DNA from: Tubulanus polymorphus
Taxonomy: Eukaryota > Animalia > Nemertea
Direction of reading: 5' to 3'
DNA length: 64,000 bases
NCBI RefSeq assembly: GCF_964204645.1
Contig: NW_027437436.1
Location: 62,001-126,000, forward strand
Shown: piece by piece, positions 1-9,749 of the stretch
Numbering within the stretch: position 1 is the first letter of the stretch
Layout of the letters: every line of letters begins with the position of its first letter
Translations under genes and position numbers: made by a program
Notes under the pieces: model-generated
Database searches by the model: none
Told to the model about the DNA's origin: nothing
The model's input: the letters and a program-made list of their open reading frames with translations, nothing else

Positions 1-1
1 T

Positions 2-991
2 GATAAAGAAAAAATAAAATATAGTGAATTAAAATCATGGTTACAAAATCAACCAACATATCAAATTCATAAAAAGATGGATAAAAAATATTTAACAAGA
101 AAAGTAATGGTTTCATATATTGACCAACAATGGCAAGCAGATTTAATTGACATGAAAAACTTAGAAGAATATAACAAAGGATATTTCTGGATACTGAATG
201 TTATAGATATATTCAGTAGATACGCATGGAGTATCCCGATTAAAAATAAAACTGGTATAGAAGTAACAAATGCTTTTAAATCTATATTTAAAGAAGCTAT
301 CCCAGATAAGATACAATTTGATGAAGGTAAAGAATTTTATAACAAACATTTTAAAAAACTATTAACTGATAACGATGTAGAATATTTTTCAACACATTCA
401 GATAAAAAAGCATCTGTTATAGAAAGATTTAATAAAACATTGAAAACTAGAATGTGGAAATATTTCACCGCTAATGAAACATATAAATATATCGATGTGT
501 TAGATGATTTAGTTAAAGGTTATAATAATTCTAAACATAGTTCTATAAATATGAAACCTATACAAGTTAGAAAAGAAGAAAATTCAGAAATAGTTTGGAA
601 TAATTTATATGGAGCATTTGTTACACACGATTTTGGAGAACCTAAATTTAAAATAGGACAACATGTTAGAATTTCTAAATATCGAAAAACATTTTATAAA
701 GGTTATACCCCTAATTTTACAGAAGAAATATTTAAAATTAAAAAGATAATATTAACTAAACCATTTGTTTATAAATTGTTTGATTTAAAAGATGAAGAAA
801 TATTAGGTTATTTTTATGAACAAGAATTATCATTAGTACCAAATCCAGATGAAATAGAATACAAAATAGAAAAGGTATTGAAAACAAAAACTCTTAAAGG
901 AAAAAAGTATTCTTTGGTCAAATATAAAGGATATGATGATAAATTTAATGAATGGATTTTATCTAGTAAAATTAAAAGAATAAATGAATAA
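2..991 (+). CDS. Retroviral-like (rve) DDE integrase with C-terminal chromodomain, 5'-partial
   Basis: Frame is open from base 2. Core motifs WQADLIDM, IDIFSRYAW, QFDEGKEF, KASVIERFNKTLK; chromodomain-like YKIEKVL...YSLVKYKGYDDKFNEWI. Confidence 0.95.
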   Translation, partial: DKEKIKYSELKSWLQNQPTYQIHKKMDKKYLTRKVMVSYIDQQWQADLIDMKNLEEYNKGYFWILNVIDIFSRYAWSIPIKNKTGIEVTNAFKSIFKEAIPDKIQFDEGKEFYNKHFKKLLTDNDVEYFSTHSDKKASVIERFNKTLKTRMWKYFTANETYKYIDVLDDLVKGYNNSKHSSINMKPIQVRKEENSEIVWNNLYGAFVTHDFGEPKFKIGQHVRISKYRKTFYKGYTPNFTEEIFKIKKIILTKPFVYKLFDLKDEEILGYFYEQELSLVPNPDEIEYKIEKVLKTKTLKGKKYSLVKYKGYDDKFNEWILSSKIKRINE

Positions 992-1598
992 AGATTTATT
1001 TATATTTGAACCACATAATATGTTAATAACTGGAGTTACAAACTGCGGTAAAACACACTTCATATTAGACTTGTTAGAAACTATTTATAAAAATCATTTT
1101 GATAATATAATATTATTCTGTCCTACTTATGAAATGAATGAAACGTATAATAGAGATATAGTTTTTAAAGATAAAAAGTTTATTATATTAAATTCTAAAA
1201 CAGTAAAAGAAAATTTAGATAATTGTATAAAAATTGCATTAGATATTTATAAAGGATCTAATACATTATTTATTATTGATGATTGCGCAAATTTACATGA
1301 TTCTAAAATTAGAGAAAGTGAGTTATGTTATTTAGCTTTCTCTGGTAGACATTTTGGGATAACAACTTGGGTTTTAAATCAGAAATATAATTCAATTGTG
1401 AAAGATTTTAGAGAGAATATAAGATTTCTAGTTTTATTCTACAACAAAGATAGAAAATCTATGCAACAATCATTGGAAGAAAATCAAATTATACCTACTG
1501 AATTACATGATGAATATATGAATAAATTAAAAAATAATAAAGGTTCAAAATTACTTATGAGATTACAATTTCCATATGAATATAAATTTATAAAATAA
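984..1598 (+). CDS. A32/FtsK-HerA family DNA packaging ATPase
   Basis: Walker A GVTNCGKT, Walker B LFIIDD, SGRHFGI...NQ motif; starts in TAAATG. Confidence 0.93.
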   Translation: MNKDLFIFEPHNMLITGVTNCGKTHFILDLLETIYKNHFDNIILFCPTYEMNETYNRDIVFKDKKFIILNSKTVKENLDNCIKIALDIYKGSNTLFIIDDCANLHDSKIRESELCYLAFSGRHFGITTWVLNQKYNSIVKDFRENIRFLVLFYNKDRKSMQQSLEENQIIPTELHDEYMNKLKNNKGSKLLMRLQFPYEYKFIK

Positions 1599-1614
1599 CT
1601 ATTTGTATACCTAT

Positions 1615-1740
1615 GTATTAGATACCCTAATACCTGATACCCTAATACCTGATACCCTAATACCTGATACCCTATTAGATACCTTAAATAATTTAATCCC
1701 CCTTTTTTATTTACTATTATTTTATACAATTTTCAACCTT
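1615..1740. repeat. 15-bp tandem repeat (GATACCCTAATACCT) plus CCCCCTTTTTTAT box at the convergence of the two transcription directions
   Basis: About 4 direct copies at 1621-1685, between the stops of the + strand ATPase and the - strand 307-aa ORF; related cassette at 25245-25335. Confidence 0.8.
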
Positions 1741-1757
1741 TATTATTCGAGTTTTAG

Positions 1758-2681
1758 TTAATCAATTTCTGAATCACTTTCACTATAAGACGCTAACAAT
1801 TTATTTAAATGCTCTACCGAATCTTCTTCAATATCTTTATAATTTTTTTTCACCTTTTTCACCTTTTTTACCTTTTTCATATTTTTTACTAAATCATCAA
1901 TAGTTGTTTCATTTTTAAACTTATTCTTCCAATCAAATTTATTATTATTTTCTACTTTAAGTTTTATAGAATCTTTATTATCAATATGTTTAACTGTAAC
2001 TATATCATCATGTGGGTGTATGGCATCATTTTCATTATCATCTTTATTAGTGTTTGCTCCTAATATTTCATTTACAGTGTTTGATCCTAATATTTCATTA
2101 GCATCAGTTAAATCTAATTCATCTTTATTAGGTGTTGCTAATAATAAATCTTCATATATTTTTTCACCATTTACTTTTTTATTTGAAACAAATTTTGTAA
2201 CATATCTAAATGGGTGTTCTATAAATTCTTTTTTACCAACACGTTCTATAACATTAGTAATATGTGAATTTGTATTCATATGTTTATTCCAATTTGATGG
2301 AGCGTTTGAAAATTCACCATTACAATAATCACAATAATTTCTATTTTCACTAACATTTAATATTATTGCATTATTATATGTAGAAGGTATTATATTATTT
2401 GATGTAGAGGGTATTACAGATGTAGAAGGTATTACGATATTAGATGTAGAAGGTATTACGTTATTAGATGTAGAAGGTATTACATTATTATCAATTACAT
2501 TACTTAAATTATCAACAACACCACTTTTATTATTATCGATTTCTATCAGTTTAGTATTATAATTTTTAAAAATAGGATCAAATATCAAAGCTATATTACA
2601 AGGTATTACATAATATAAACCATCATTATTTTCATGTGTATCGATGTATGGAATATGTTTATATACTTTACCTCCTTCCAT
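1758..2681 (-). CDS. Polinton hypothetical protein with VIPSTSNN repeats and a C2H2-like zinc finger
   Basis: 307-aa ORF; CDYC...H...H motif; about 5 VIPSTSN(N) repeats; starts in TAAATG. Confidence 0.7.
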   Translation of the reverse strand: MEGGKVYKHIPYIDTHENNDGLYYVIPCNIALIFDPIFKNYNTKLIEIDNNKSGVVDNLSNVIDNNVIPSTSNNVIPSTSNIVIPSTSVIPSTSNNIIPSTYNNAIILNVSENRNYCDYCNGEFSNAPSNWNKHMNTNSHITNVIERVGKKEFIEHPFRYVTKFVSNKKVNGEKIYEDLLLATPNKDELDLTDANEILGSNTVNEILGANTNKDDNENDAIHPHDDIVTVKHIDNKDSIKLKVENNNKFDWKNKFKNETTIDDLVKNMKKVKKVKKVKKNYKDIEEDSVEHLNKLLASYSESDSEID

Positions 2682-2713
2682 TTATTATATATATTTTTAT
2701 TAAAGTTAAAATT

Positions 2714-3961
2714 TTAATACATAACACTATCTAATTGTGAATTTACAATATTTAATTGCGTGTCAGATATAATATAAATGTGCATTTTAAAATTTTTGAT
2801 TCCCTTTTTCTTTGTCATGAATAATTGTATTCCATCTTTAGTGTTTTGTAATTTTTTCCCAGAACCATGTAATAAGTTATCTTCAGTTGTTCTAAAATCT
2901 AACCATAATGCATATTTATTACCGGTATAATAATCAATTTGATTAATGTTACAATTTTCAAATGATTTTACTTTTTCATTCATAAAATGTTTTTTAATTT
3001 CTACCCATTGATCTATCATTCTCATTCTTTGACAAAATATTTTATTCGCTATTCCTTCGATAGTTATTTCTACTTTTGTTATTTCAGGATTATAATAATT
3101 GTCAACATTTATTGCGCCATTAGTATACGTTCCAATAGTAAAAAATATTAATATACCTTTAATAGATCTTCTAGGGAAGTTAATATTCTCATTTATTATT
3201 TCATCATTTGCATTAATAGTTACAGTTTTAAATTTATCAATATAATCATATAATAATGAAAACCCTTGATTGTATTTAGTTTGAATTATACTTGAAATAT
3301 TTTCATCAGTTACTGTATCATATTCTAAACATATATTCGATAATTTATAACTCATATCTTTAACAACGCTAGATAATACAATTTCATTTACAGGAGCAAA
3401 TGTTATTTCGAATATAATATCTTCTTGAATTGCGTATTTATATAAAGGTGCATTATTATTTATCAATTCAAAATCTAATGGAATTTTATATTTGCTTCCA
3501 TATATACTTTTTATCAATTTATCTACATCATTTGTTAATATTGCGCTATTAGCTTCTGATCTTAATTTATTGTGGTTTTCTGATTGGATGCCTTGAAATA
3601 TCATATTATTTCTATTTTCTTTAGTTAACCATAAATCTTTATAATGCATAAATAAATTATAATCATCTAATGAGAAAACTGTTTCTGGACCAATCTTTAT
3701 TGTTAACTTTTTAATCAAATATCTTCCAACATTATCAACGACATAATTATTATTATTACCGATTACTTTTATATCAGCTGATAAATAATTACTGTTTGGA
3801 ACATAAAAAGTATTTTGTGTTAATCTCGGAATTCTAACGTATAAAGTTTCATCGGGATTAATATTTGAAGGGTTATGAGTAATTATATGATGTGATCTTT
3901 CTGCTTTAATAGCATTAGATATTCTATGATTCTTAGAAGGATTGATATAACTCCCACTCAT
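2714..3961 (-). CDS. Major capsid protein (double jelly-roll, Polinton type)
   Basis: 415 aa, beta-rich; motifs HNPSNINPDETLYVRIP, NVGRYLIKKLTIKIG, YKIPLDF and KYALWLDFRT that I recognise from invertebrate Polinton MCPs; size and context fit. Confidence 0.8.
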   Translation of the reverse strand: MSGSYINPSKNHRISNAIKAERSHHIITHNPSNINPDETLYVRIPRLTQNTFYVPNSNYLSADIKVIGNNNNYVVDNVGRYLIKKLTIKIGPETVFSLDDYNLFMHYKDLWLTKENRNNMIFQGIQSENHNKLRSEANSAILTNDVDKLIKSIYGSKYKIPLDFELINNNAPLYKYAIQEDIIFEITFAPVNEIVLSSVVKDMSYKLSNICLEYDTVTDENISSIIQTKYNQGFSLLYDYIDKFKTVTINANDEIINENINFPRRSIKGILIFFTIGTYTNGAINVDNYYNPEITKVEITIEGIANKIFCQRMRMIDQWVEIKKHFMNEKVKSFENCNINQIDYYTGNKYALWLDFRTTEDNLLHGSGKKLQNTKDGIQLFMTKKKGIKNFKMHIYIISDTQLNIVNSQLDSVMY

Positions 3962-3985
3962 TTATTTAACAAAAAAATTAATTAT

Positions 3986-5686
3986 TTATTTTTTGATATT
4001 TTTTGATATCATATTCACTAACCCAAAAATAATAGCACTTACAACTGTAATTAAAAATAAAATAATATGTTCAGCAGCAAAGTTAATAATGTTTCCTGCA
4101 GATTTCAATATAAAACCAACAATTGATGCAATAACTCCTGGTAAAGCTGCAGCAGATTTCTTTGATAGTTCCCATAAATATTTTGCTAATTTCTTTAAAC
4201 CATCTTTAACTTTATCTTGTATAGAATTATTACTTGGAGGTTTATCTGGTTTGTTAGGAGTAGGAGTAGATTTCAAAGCATTTGATATTGATAAACCAAT
4301 TGTTGTAAATAACATAGTAACAGCTGTTAGAATTGAAAGAATTGTTATTCCTTCTAATTTAAATAATAACTTTATTCTGTCTTTTAATGATATTTCAGAA
4401 TTTGGTTTAATCAACAAATCTTTAAAAATAACTTTTAATCTATTAATATTATAATCATATGATTTTAATAATAATTTAATTTCTTCTTTTTGTAATTCTA
4501 TGTTATATTCTAAATCATCTTTTTCTTTTTCTAAATATGCATTTCTTTTTTTAAATTCGATTTCTTCAATAACTTTATTATCTCTATCTAATTTTAGTTG
4601 TTCTATTTCTTTATTTTTATCAGTTCTATCTTTTTCTAAAAATCTAATTTTAATATCTCGTTTACTTTTTTCATGCGCAATTTTATCAGCTGATTCTTGC
4701 ATACCTTTAATTTCTCTACGTGCTTGTTCAGGAAATGCTTCTAATTCATCATCAGTTAAATCAAATAATCCTTTTTCTAGTAAAGATTGTATTCGATTTA
4801 TTCCAGCACTATTCATCAGTTCTTCTGAATCTCTTAATCTATCAATTTGTTTTTCTAATTGTAATTTACTTGAATCATTATCAATTTGTTGAGTGTCTCT
4901 TCTAGATGTTTCGGGTGTTGAAGATCTTAATCTATCTAATCGATTTCTATTCTCTTCCATTTCTGGATCAAAATCAGTAGGATTTGGATTTGGATTTTTA
5001 AATGGATTTTTAAATGGTGAATATTTGTTTATATCAATTTTAGGAATTGGTTCTTTTTCATTTATTCTATCGAGTGCATTCCATATAATTCTGAGAAATT
5101 CTGTGCCACCTTTTGAATGTTCAATTGTAGATAATGCTCGCATTTCAGGTTCATAAATATTTTCTTGACCCATTTTAGATAATTGAATTGATACAATTTT
5201 GTTATTTAAATCAAGATTATAATACCATGCATCATTTTTAAATTCTAAATTATTCATGAAATATGGGTCATCTTTAAAAATTTGTTCTACAACACCTTTT
5301 GGATTAATTTTATGTATTACAGCTATTGGTAGTAATTCGTTAACAATTGTATCTGTTACTCTAGATTTCATTTTATATAATTCCAAACGTTCATTAGGAT
5401 ATTTTTCTTCTTGTTTTACTAATAGTTCCATGAATTCTTTTCTTTCTGTTCTAGTTGAAATTTTACCACTTTCAAGAGCTTCTAAATATTTATTTAATTT
5501 TTCACGTACTTCGGTATTAATTCCATCATCATCATCATAATCATCTTCACCTAAATTAGTATTATATGTTGATTCATCATCATTATCAATATTAGCGTCT
5601 GCATCATTATAATCATCATCAATATATCCTTCATTATCATTTCCCATGTCATCCAATGGAATATCTTCTCCACCTTCTACATCCAT
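3986..5686 (-). CDS. Polinton coiled-coil protein with C-terminal hydrophobic/amphipathic helices (putative membrane protein)
   Basis: 566 aa; acidic N-terminus, long coiled coil, hydrophobic segments GITILSILTAVTMLFTTIG and IILFLITVVSAIIFGLV. Confidence 0.75.
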   Translation of the reverse strand: MDVEGGEDIPLDDMGNDNEGYIDDDYNDADANIDNDDESTYNTNLGEDDYDDDDGINTEVREKLNKYLEALESGKISTRTERKEFMELLVKQEEKYPNERLELYKMKSRVTDTIVNELLPIAVIHKINPKGVVEQIFKDDPYFMNNLEFKNDAWYYNLDLNNKIVSIQLSKMGQENIYEPEMRALSTIEHSKGGTEFLRIIWNALDRINEKEPIPKIDINKYSPFKNPFKNPNPNPTDFDPEMEENRNRLDRLRSSTPETSRRDTQQIDNDSSKLQLEKQIDRLRDSEELMNSAGINRIQSLLEKGLFDLTDDELEAFPEQARREIKGMQESADKIAHEKSKRDIKIRFLEKDRTDKNKEIEQLKLDRDNKVIEEIEFKKRNAYLEKEKDDLEYNIELQKEEIKLLLKSYDYNINRLKVIFKDLLIKPNSEISLKDRIKLLFKLEGITILSILTAVTMLFTTIGLSISNALKSTPTPNKPDKPPSNNSIQDKVKDGLKKLAKYLWELSKKSAAALPGVIASIVGFILKSAGNIINFAAEHIILFLITVVSAIIFGLVNMISKNIKK

Positions 5687-5702
5687 TTACATAATAAAAA
5701 AA

Positions 5703-7091
5703 TTAAAATTTAAAATATAATATTCCTCCGATTACAATTCCTATACAAGTTATAGCTAATTTAGTATTTTCATGGGATTTATTATCATCATTTAGTTTAA
5801 TTATATCATGTTGAATTTTATCAGTTTTAATATTTTCTGATGTATTGTAATCTTTTATTTTAGAATCATTATTTAATTTAATATTCTTAGTTTTAGTTTC
5901 AGTTGATTGAATATGTTTTTTATTTTTTTCACCTTCTATTAATTTTGGAGCAGTAATAATCTTTTTATTTATATCATTTAATCCAAATGAATTATTTATT
6001 GTTGCAGTTTTAATTAGATTATTATAACCAATTATATTTCCCATCTTCAATACTAAATCATTAGAAATAATTAATAGATTAGGGCCTATAAAATAATTAA
6101 GTCTTACATGAGATTTATCTAAATAATTTTGATATCTTATAATATTTTCTGGAATCGATCTATTTTTATCATTATGAATTGAATCTTCAAATAAAACTTT
6201 AAACTGTTTTTGTGTATCGAATGATGTATTCAAATTTCCAATTATTGGGGATCTTGTTTCAACTTGTGATCCTAGAATACAAATCAAATAAGTTCTAATA
6301 GATTGATTTATTCTTTCTATACCTGATTTAGTAAAACCTTCACTATTTTCTAAAATAAAATAAACCCAACCATTATTGTTTTCTTGTTTTAAATTATCAT
6401 AAAATTTTGGTAATTTATTGAAATTTAATGTTTCTAAATCCTTTGTTTCTATTTTACCATAACCTAATTTTTTATTATAGATATTATAAAAACTATTAGA
6501 TGGTATGGGAAGTGCACAATATTCTGCAATCTTTTTAGGGCATGGAAGTGATCTTATTGTTCCAATTTTTATTCTAAAATCAGAATTATTTATATCTATT
6601 TTAAATTCATTGCAAATTTTATAAAACTTTGATAAATTAATATTATTATCTAATTCTTTGAAATATCTAGATCCTGGTAAAGCGCACTCTAATTCATTTA
6701 ATATTATTCTGATTTGAAAGTATGTATGAAATCTAAATAAACTTTGAATTAGTTTATATTTAGAATTATTCAAATGATCATTCCAACTAATTCCACATCC
6801 TGTTGTTGCACAATAAACAGCAAAATTTAATTGATTCTGCCAATACTTCATATTAGATTTTAATAACCATTGTTTTTCATCTTTCAATTTTTTAAAATTA
6901 ATTTAATATACATGAAATATATTTTCCATCTTTGCATTAAAATTATTAGTTTCAATAACATAAATTTCTAAATTAGTTAATGAATCTAAAACTTCATTTC
7001 TATATGTAATATCATTATTAAAATCTATTGCTGGAATATTATATTTAATTGATTTATTATATCGGAAAGTTTTTGGAAAACTATCTACCAT
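5703..7091 (-). pseudogene. Polinton conserved protein (~462 codons, C-terminal TM) broken by one in-frame TAA at 6903-6905
   Basis: ORFs 6903-7091 and 5703-6887 share a frame and are separated only by the stop and INFKK. Only the upstream part has a TAAATG start. QLNFAVYCATTGCGIS motif; TM at the C-terminus. Confidence 0.75.
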
Positions 7092-7108
7092 TTATATAAC
7101 TAAAAAAA

Positions 7109-7543
7109 TTAATAATTTATTAATTCTTTTAATAATTTATCTTGTTCTTCAACTGTTATATGACCATTTAAACTTATTATATAATCTAGTGTATTCTTTA
7201 ATTTATTAATTTCTTTTATATTAGATTTTATTTTTTCTTTATTACTTTTTATATTTAATTTTGAACTTATACCAGTTAAAACACTTGAACTTAATCCTAA
7301 TACACCAATTGATATAGCTAAAGGTGTTAATGGACTGAATATTGCTAGAAATTTTATTACAGAACTAATTGTAACCGAACCACTTATAATCAAATAATAT
7401 ATAATTTTACTTTTTAAATATTTTTTCTTTTTTATCTTTAAGTCACTTTCAAATTCTAATATTTGTTTTTCTAAATATGTTTTTAATTTAGTTTTATTTA
7501 TATCATGAGGAATAATATCAATACTATCAACTTTATCTTCCAT
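7109..7543 (-). CDS. Small two-TM coiled-coil Polinton protein
   Basis: 144 aa, two central hydrophobic helices; TAAATG start. Confidence 0.7.
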   Translation of the reverse strand: MEDKVDSIDIIPHDINKTKLKTYLEKQILEFESDLKIKKKKYLKSKIIYYLIISGSVTISSVIKFLAIFSPLTPLAISIGVLGLSSSVLTGISSKLNIKSNKEKIKSNIKEINKLKNTLDYIISLNGHITVEEQDKLLKELINY

Positions 7544-7562
7544 TTATTTAGAATAAAAATTA

Positions 7563-7985
7563 CTAATTAGTAAACTTATAAGCAACAAATATAACAATAA
7601 CAGTTCCACCTAAAATCCATATTATTTCATATTTCTGTTGTTCTTTACTTGGGGTATAATAATCTGATAATTTAGGTTTGTATAGATGTAATTTTTCTTT
7701 ATTGGTTACTGCGTTATATAAACTCATTGCACCATCAACTGATTGAAAATCTCTATGTGAAATCTTCTGATCATATAATTCTTTGTTAATATAATCCATA
7801 TAGTTTTGTCTCTTTTCTCTATATTCTTCTGCAGCTTTATTGTATTTCTCTAACGCTAAGTTATGTCTTCTTTGTTCTCCTAATGAACTATTTTTATCAA
7901 TATGTTTAAATAAATAACCACCACCAGTAAATGCTAAAGCGTTAACAATTGCCGATCCTATAATAGTTATAATTGCAGAAGCCAT
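7563..7985 (-). CDS. Small Polinton membrane protein
   Basis: 140 aa; N-terminal hydrophobic helix (GSAIVNALAFTGGGYLF), EQRRHNLALE motif, C-terminal TM; TAAATG start. Confidence 0.72.
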   Translation of the reverse strand: MASAIITIIGSAIVNALAFTGGGYLFKHIDKNSSLGEQRRHNLALEKYNKAAEEYREKRQNYMDYINKELYDQKISHRDFQSVDGAMSLYNAVTNKEKLHLYKPKLSDYYTPSKEQQKYEIIWILGGTVIVIFVAYKFTN

Positions 7986-8008
7986 TTATTTAGCAAAAAA
8001 TTATGCAT

Positions 8009-8230
8009 TTATATGGGAGGAATATATTTTTGTTTTTCCAAATAATCAATAGTTAAATTAGATAAAGTAACTGCTAATGTTAACTTTAAAATATCATTTA
8101 TATCAAATCTATCAACATTAACACTTCCCATTTTGAATACTTTTTTTAATACCATTGAATAACCAACAGTTCCAACTGATAGTAATGCGCCATTATATAA
8201 TCCAGTTATTATCCACTTATTATCACTCAT
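8009..8230 (-). CDS. Small hydrophobic Polinton protein
   Basis: 73 aa, two hydrophobic stretches; T7-N6-TAAATG start. Confidence 0.65.
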   Translation of the reverse strand: MSDNKWIITGLYNGALLSVGTVGYSMVLKKVFKMGSVNVDRFDINDILKLTLAVTLSNLTIDYLEKQKYIPPI

Positions 8231-8587
8231 TTATTTATCAAAAAAATTACTATCTTCAAAATATTTAGTTAACTTAGTGATGATTATTTCAACATTTATT
8301 TCATTACTAGTTTCATTTGTATATATTTCAATTAGTATTTTTTTAATATCATCGATGATAAAATCTTCATCTAATTCATAAAATCTAAAAGATTCTCTAA
8401 TTAAATTAGTAATCTTTTCTACATTTAAAGTTTCTTTATCTATTGTTGTTTCATACTCAAATGTTGTTTCATTAGAAAATGTAATATTTTTGATATGTGT
8501 TATTACATCATTAATGTTAAATTTCATTTCTTTCTCACGTTTAAAATCAAATCCAAAACATATACTCGGTCCAACAGTTATATTCAT
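8231..8587 (-). CDS. Polinton hypothetical acidic protein
   Basis: 118 aa; T7-N6-TAAATG start; abuts the next ORF. Confidence 0.6.
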   Translation of the reverse strand: MNITVGPSICFGFDFKREKEMKFNINDVITHIKNITFSNETTFEYETTIDKETLNVEKITNLIRESFRFYELDEDFIIDDIKKILIEIYTNETSNEINVEIIITKLTKYFEDSNFFDK

Positions 8588-8603
8588 TTATATATCAAAA
8601 AAA

Positions 8604-9362
8604 TTACTCTTTACATCTTATAACTAATTCATATATCACAGGAAAGTTATTTAAATCAATTAAGTATCCATTATGATTTCTTATTTCTAATTTAAAATTA
8701 TTAAATTTAGGAATGCAAGGTTTAAAATCACATTCTGTTAAATTATAATTTATTTGAGTTCCAAATTGTTTAACATTTTTTAGTGGTAAAATATTTAGTA
8801 TACTAGAATTACAAATTGTTTCTTTAGTTGCTTCGAAAGTTTTTGTAGGCTCGATTAAATTGCAATAAATATAAAAGTGTGTAAAAGGTATTATATTTGA
8901 AATGCCTTCTACGTTTACTGTAACAACATCTGGTTCAATTCCTAGCAATTTAGCTATAGGTTTTTTTACCATAAATGCGTGTTGACTTTCATCAAATACT
9001 TTTATTTTAATTCTATTTGAGCTATCACTTTTACTAAATTTAATTAAAAATTTATCATCTTTTCTAATTTTCAACCGTGCTCTACGATTAATTTCTTGAG
9101 CTAATGTTTCTAAATTATATAATCCTGGTCTTAGAAATAGATGAAACCATTTACTTATACTTCTAATATGAATTAAAAAAGTATTATGTTCAATAGTTTT
9201 ATTCGATATATTGTAAAAAGAATTACATAAACTTATATTTACTAATTTTAAATCTACACAATTTTTGAATTCTCTATCTAATTGTACTAATAAATTATGT
9301 GATTTATAATTTGTAAGTTTTCTAGAATCAACAAATATTCTGTATTCTTTTAATTCCGCCAT
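8604..9362 (-). CDS. Minor capsid protein (penton, single jelly-roll)
   Basis: 252 aa; IFVDSR, NSFYNIS, PGLYNLETL, FYIYCNLI and EIRNHNGYLIDLNNFPV pattern typical of Polinton/NCLDV-like pentons. Confidence 0.75.
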   Translation of the reverse strand: MAELKEYRIFVDSRKLTNYKSHNLLVQLDREFKNCVDLKLVNISLCNSFYNISNKTIEHNTFLIHIRSISKWFHLFLRPGLYNLETLAQEINRRARLKIRKDDKFLIKFSKSDSSNRIKIKVFDESQHAFMVKKPIAKLLGIEPDVVTVNVEGISNIIPFTHFYIYCNLIEPTKTFEATKETICNSSILNILPLKNVKQFGTQINYNLTECDFKPCIPKFNNFKLEIRNHNGYLIDLNNFPVIYELVIRCKE

Positions 9363-9379
9363 TTATTTTACATATTTTC

Positions 9380-9721
9380 TCATTCGAAATCTATTTCATG
9401 GTGTCCTTTTTCATTCTTACCTTTGTATACGAAATAGAAATCTCCAGAACATAATTCTTCTAGATCTTCACTTGATAATCTATGAAATCTATCTGGTAAA
9501 TAAGTTCTGAATTTATGTGTATTTCCTTTTAATCCTTCATATTCTAAGTGTATAACTAATTTATCTCCATATTTGTTAGTAACTGTAACAATATTTGTAA
9601 TTAAATATTTCTTGTGAATTGTTAATTCTGTTAACTTTTTGAATTTATAATCTACAGATTTTACATTTGTGGTATCTTTAATTCTATCTAAGAATTCACT
9701 GTGTACTTGTTTACTCTCCAT
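9380..9721 (-). CDS. Small Polinton protein, possibly OB-fold ssDNA-binding
   Basis: 113 aa, KKLTEL...KKYLIT...NKYG...YLPDRF pattern; directly downstream of PolB. The function is inference. Confidence 0.55.
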   Translation of the reverse strand: MESKQVHSEFLDRIKDTTNVKSVDYKFKKLTELTIHKKYLITNIVTVTNKYGDKLVIHLEYEGLKGNTHKFRTYLPDRFHRLSSEDLEELCSGDFYFVYKGKNEKGHHEIDFE

Positions 9722-9749
9722 TTATTATACAAATTTTTATTGAAATTGA

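Larger units (their letters stand above)
3959..8605 (-). promoter_or_regulatory. Seven copies of AAT5-7-N6-8-TAAATG in front of consecutive capsid/membrane genes
   Basis: At starts 3961, 5686, 7091, 7543, 7985, 8230 and 8587; spacer is exactly 6 nt in five of seven. Confidence 0.8.

Noticed and set aside
1484-5540. Antisense ORFs over Polinton genes (1484-1729, 2020-2328, 3993-4454, 4500-4892, 4893-5156, 5256-5540)
   Set aside because: Shadow frames of real genes or of the 15-bp repeat; no start motif and no recognisable domain.
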